From assembly GCA_002632265.1 (NCBI GenBank), contig NQOV01000011.1:38566-102565 (forward strand): 64,000 nucleotides of DNA, in the 5' to 3' direction. Below, piece by piece: positions 63,271 to 64,000 of this stretch (within the stretch, counting starts at the first letter, position 1; every line of letters starts with the position of its first letter). Source of the stretch: Rhodospirillaceae bacterium MC! (GTDB lineage Bacteria; Pseudomonadota; Alphaproteobacteria; MC1). The translations under genes were made by a program, and so were the position numbers. The notes beneath the pieces are model-generated. The model made no database searches, had not been told where the DNA came from, and saw only the letters and a program-made list of their open reading frames with translations.

Positions 63271-63413
63271 AAGATTAAGAGAAAAATCGTAAGATGTACC
63301 TTGGGCGACGTGTACTCACGTCTACATAAGTTCTAGTTTAAAGTGCAGATTAGTTCTACTCACGTCTACATAAGCTCTAGTTTAAGGTGCAGATTAGTCC
63401 ATTTATCACAATC
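63271..63413. repeat. long-palindrome element (same family as 26741-27062) with duplicated right arm
   Basis: GATTAAGAGAAAAATCG...GGGCGACGTGTACTCACGTCTACATAAG...GTGCAGATTAG, then a repeat of CTACTCACGTCTACATAAGCTCTAG...GCAGATTAGTCCATTTATCACAATC. The last base abuts the dut stop codon. Confidence 0.85.
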
Positions 63414-63866
63414 CTATTTTGTGCCTGTACTGCCGAATCCTTGATCATTTCTAAGGGTTTCATTTAGGATGTTTACTTGTTTTATGTGGGCTTGGCTCAC
63501 TGGGGCGATGACCATTTGGGCGATGCGTTCGCCACGGTTTATGGTAAAATCTTGAGAGCCTAAATTAATGAGTATGATTTTGATTTCGCCACGATAATCG
63601 GCGTCGATTGTGCCTGGGGAATTGAGAACGGTAATGCCGTGCTTAAAGGCAAGGCCGGAGCGTGGGCGAATCTGTGCTTCGAATCCTTTGGGGATGGCTA
63701 CAGATAAACCAGTGGGAACGATGATTCGCTCCATGGGTTTGAGAAGAATCGGCTCGCTTTGAAGATTGGCGGATCTTAAATCCATACCTGCACTTAATTC
63801 CGTTTCATATTTGGGTAATTCCAAACCTATGGCATGTTCTAGGGTTTTGATTTCTAAAGTTAGCAT
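63414..63866 (-). CDS. dut: dUTP diphosphatase
   Basis: 150-aa ORF with dUTPase motifs ([41 protein letters not shown]). Confidence 0.92.
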   Translation of the reverse strand: MLTLEIKTLEHAIGLELPKYETELSAGMDLRSANLQSEPILLKPMERIIVPTGLSVAIPKGFEAQIRPRSGLAFKHGITVLNSPGTIDADYRGEIKIILINLGSQDFTINRGERIAQMVIAPVSQAHIKQVNILNETLRNDQGFGSTGTK

Positions 63867-64000
63867 GTGTTTTTTTCTCCTTATGATTTTTTATAAAATT
63901 AATTTTAATAACAAAACGGCGATTATTATTAATATGAGATTGGAAATAAAATTATTCTTGCCATATTTATGATGTTTACTTTTTTCGCTTAATTTTTTGT

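Overview
This is an AT-rich, densely coding bacterial chromosomal segment. Gene content and order look alphaproteobacterial, probably from a reduced, host-associated genome; that placement is inference from synteny only. Recognisable genes include trpE(G)-trpD-trpC-trpF, tadA, an M16 peptidase, mlaEF, lptFG-surA, hemE, tRNA-Leu(CAA), yggS, mnmG, rsmG-parA-parB, a class II DAHP synthase, ruvAB, gyrB, bamD, recN, ligA, uppP, ispZ, tdk and dut. Three parS sites lie upstream of rsmG. No transposase, integrase, cas gene or phage gene is visible. Seven things stand out. (1) A dispersed repeat family with the core GTCTTGACAGACGGTC has at least 12 loci. It sits just past gene 3' ends, brackets small accessory units, and is tandemly amplified at 36.2 kb. 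(2) Strand composition often flips from A/C-rich to G/T-rich at these cores, including at synonymous sites of conserved genes. (3) One repeat-bracketed unit is an autonomous transcription unit encoding a divergent class III nucleotidyl-cyclase-like orphan protein. (4) A 1867-codon ORF joins about 1500 residues of acidic tandem repeats in frame to a complete ferrochelatase. (5) About 100-bp long-palindrome elements directly abut the stop codons of surA and dut. (6) A NifU-like plus GGGtGRT-motif gene pair has codon usage unlike its neighbours. (7) The lptF-hemE intergenic region is a candidate oriC. All functional calls come from reading motifs by eye; no database search was run.
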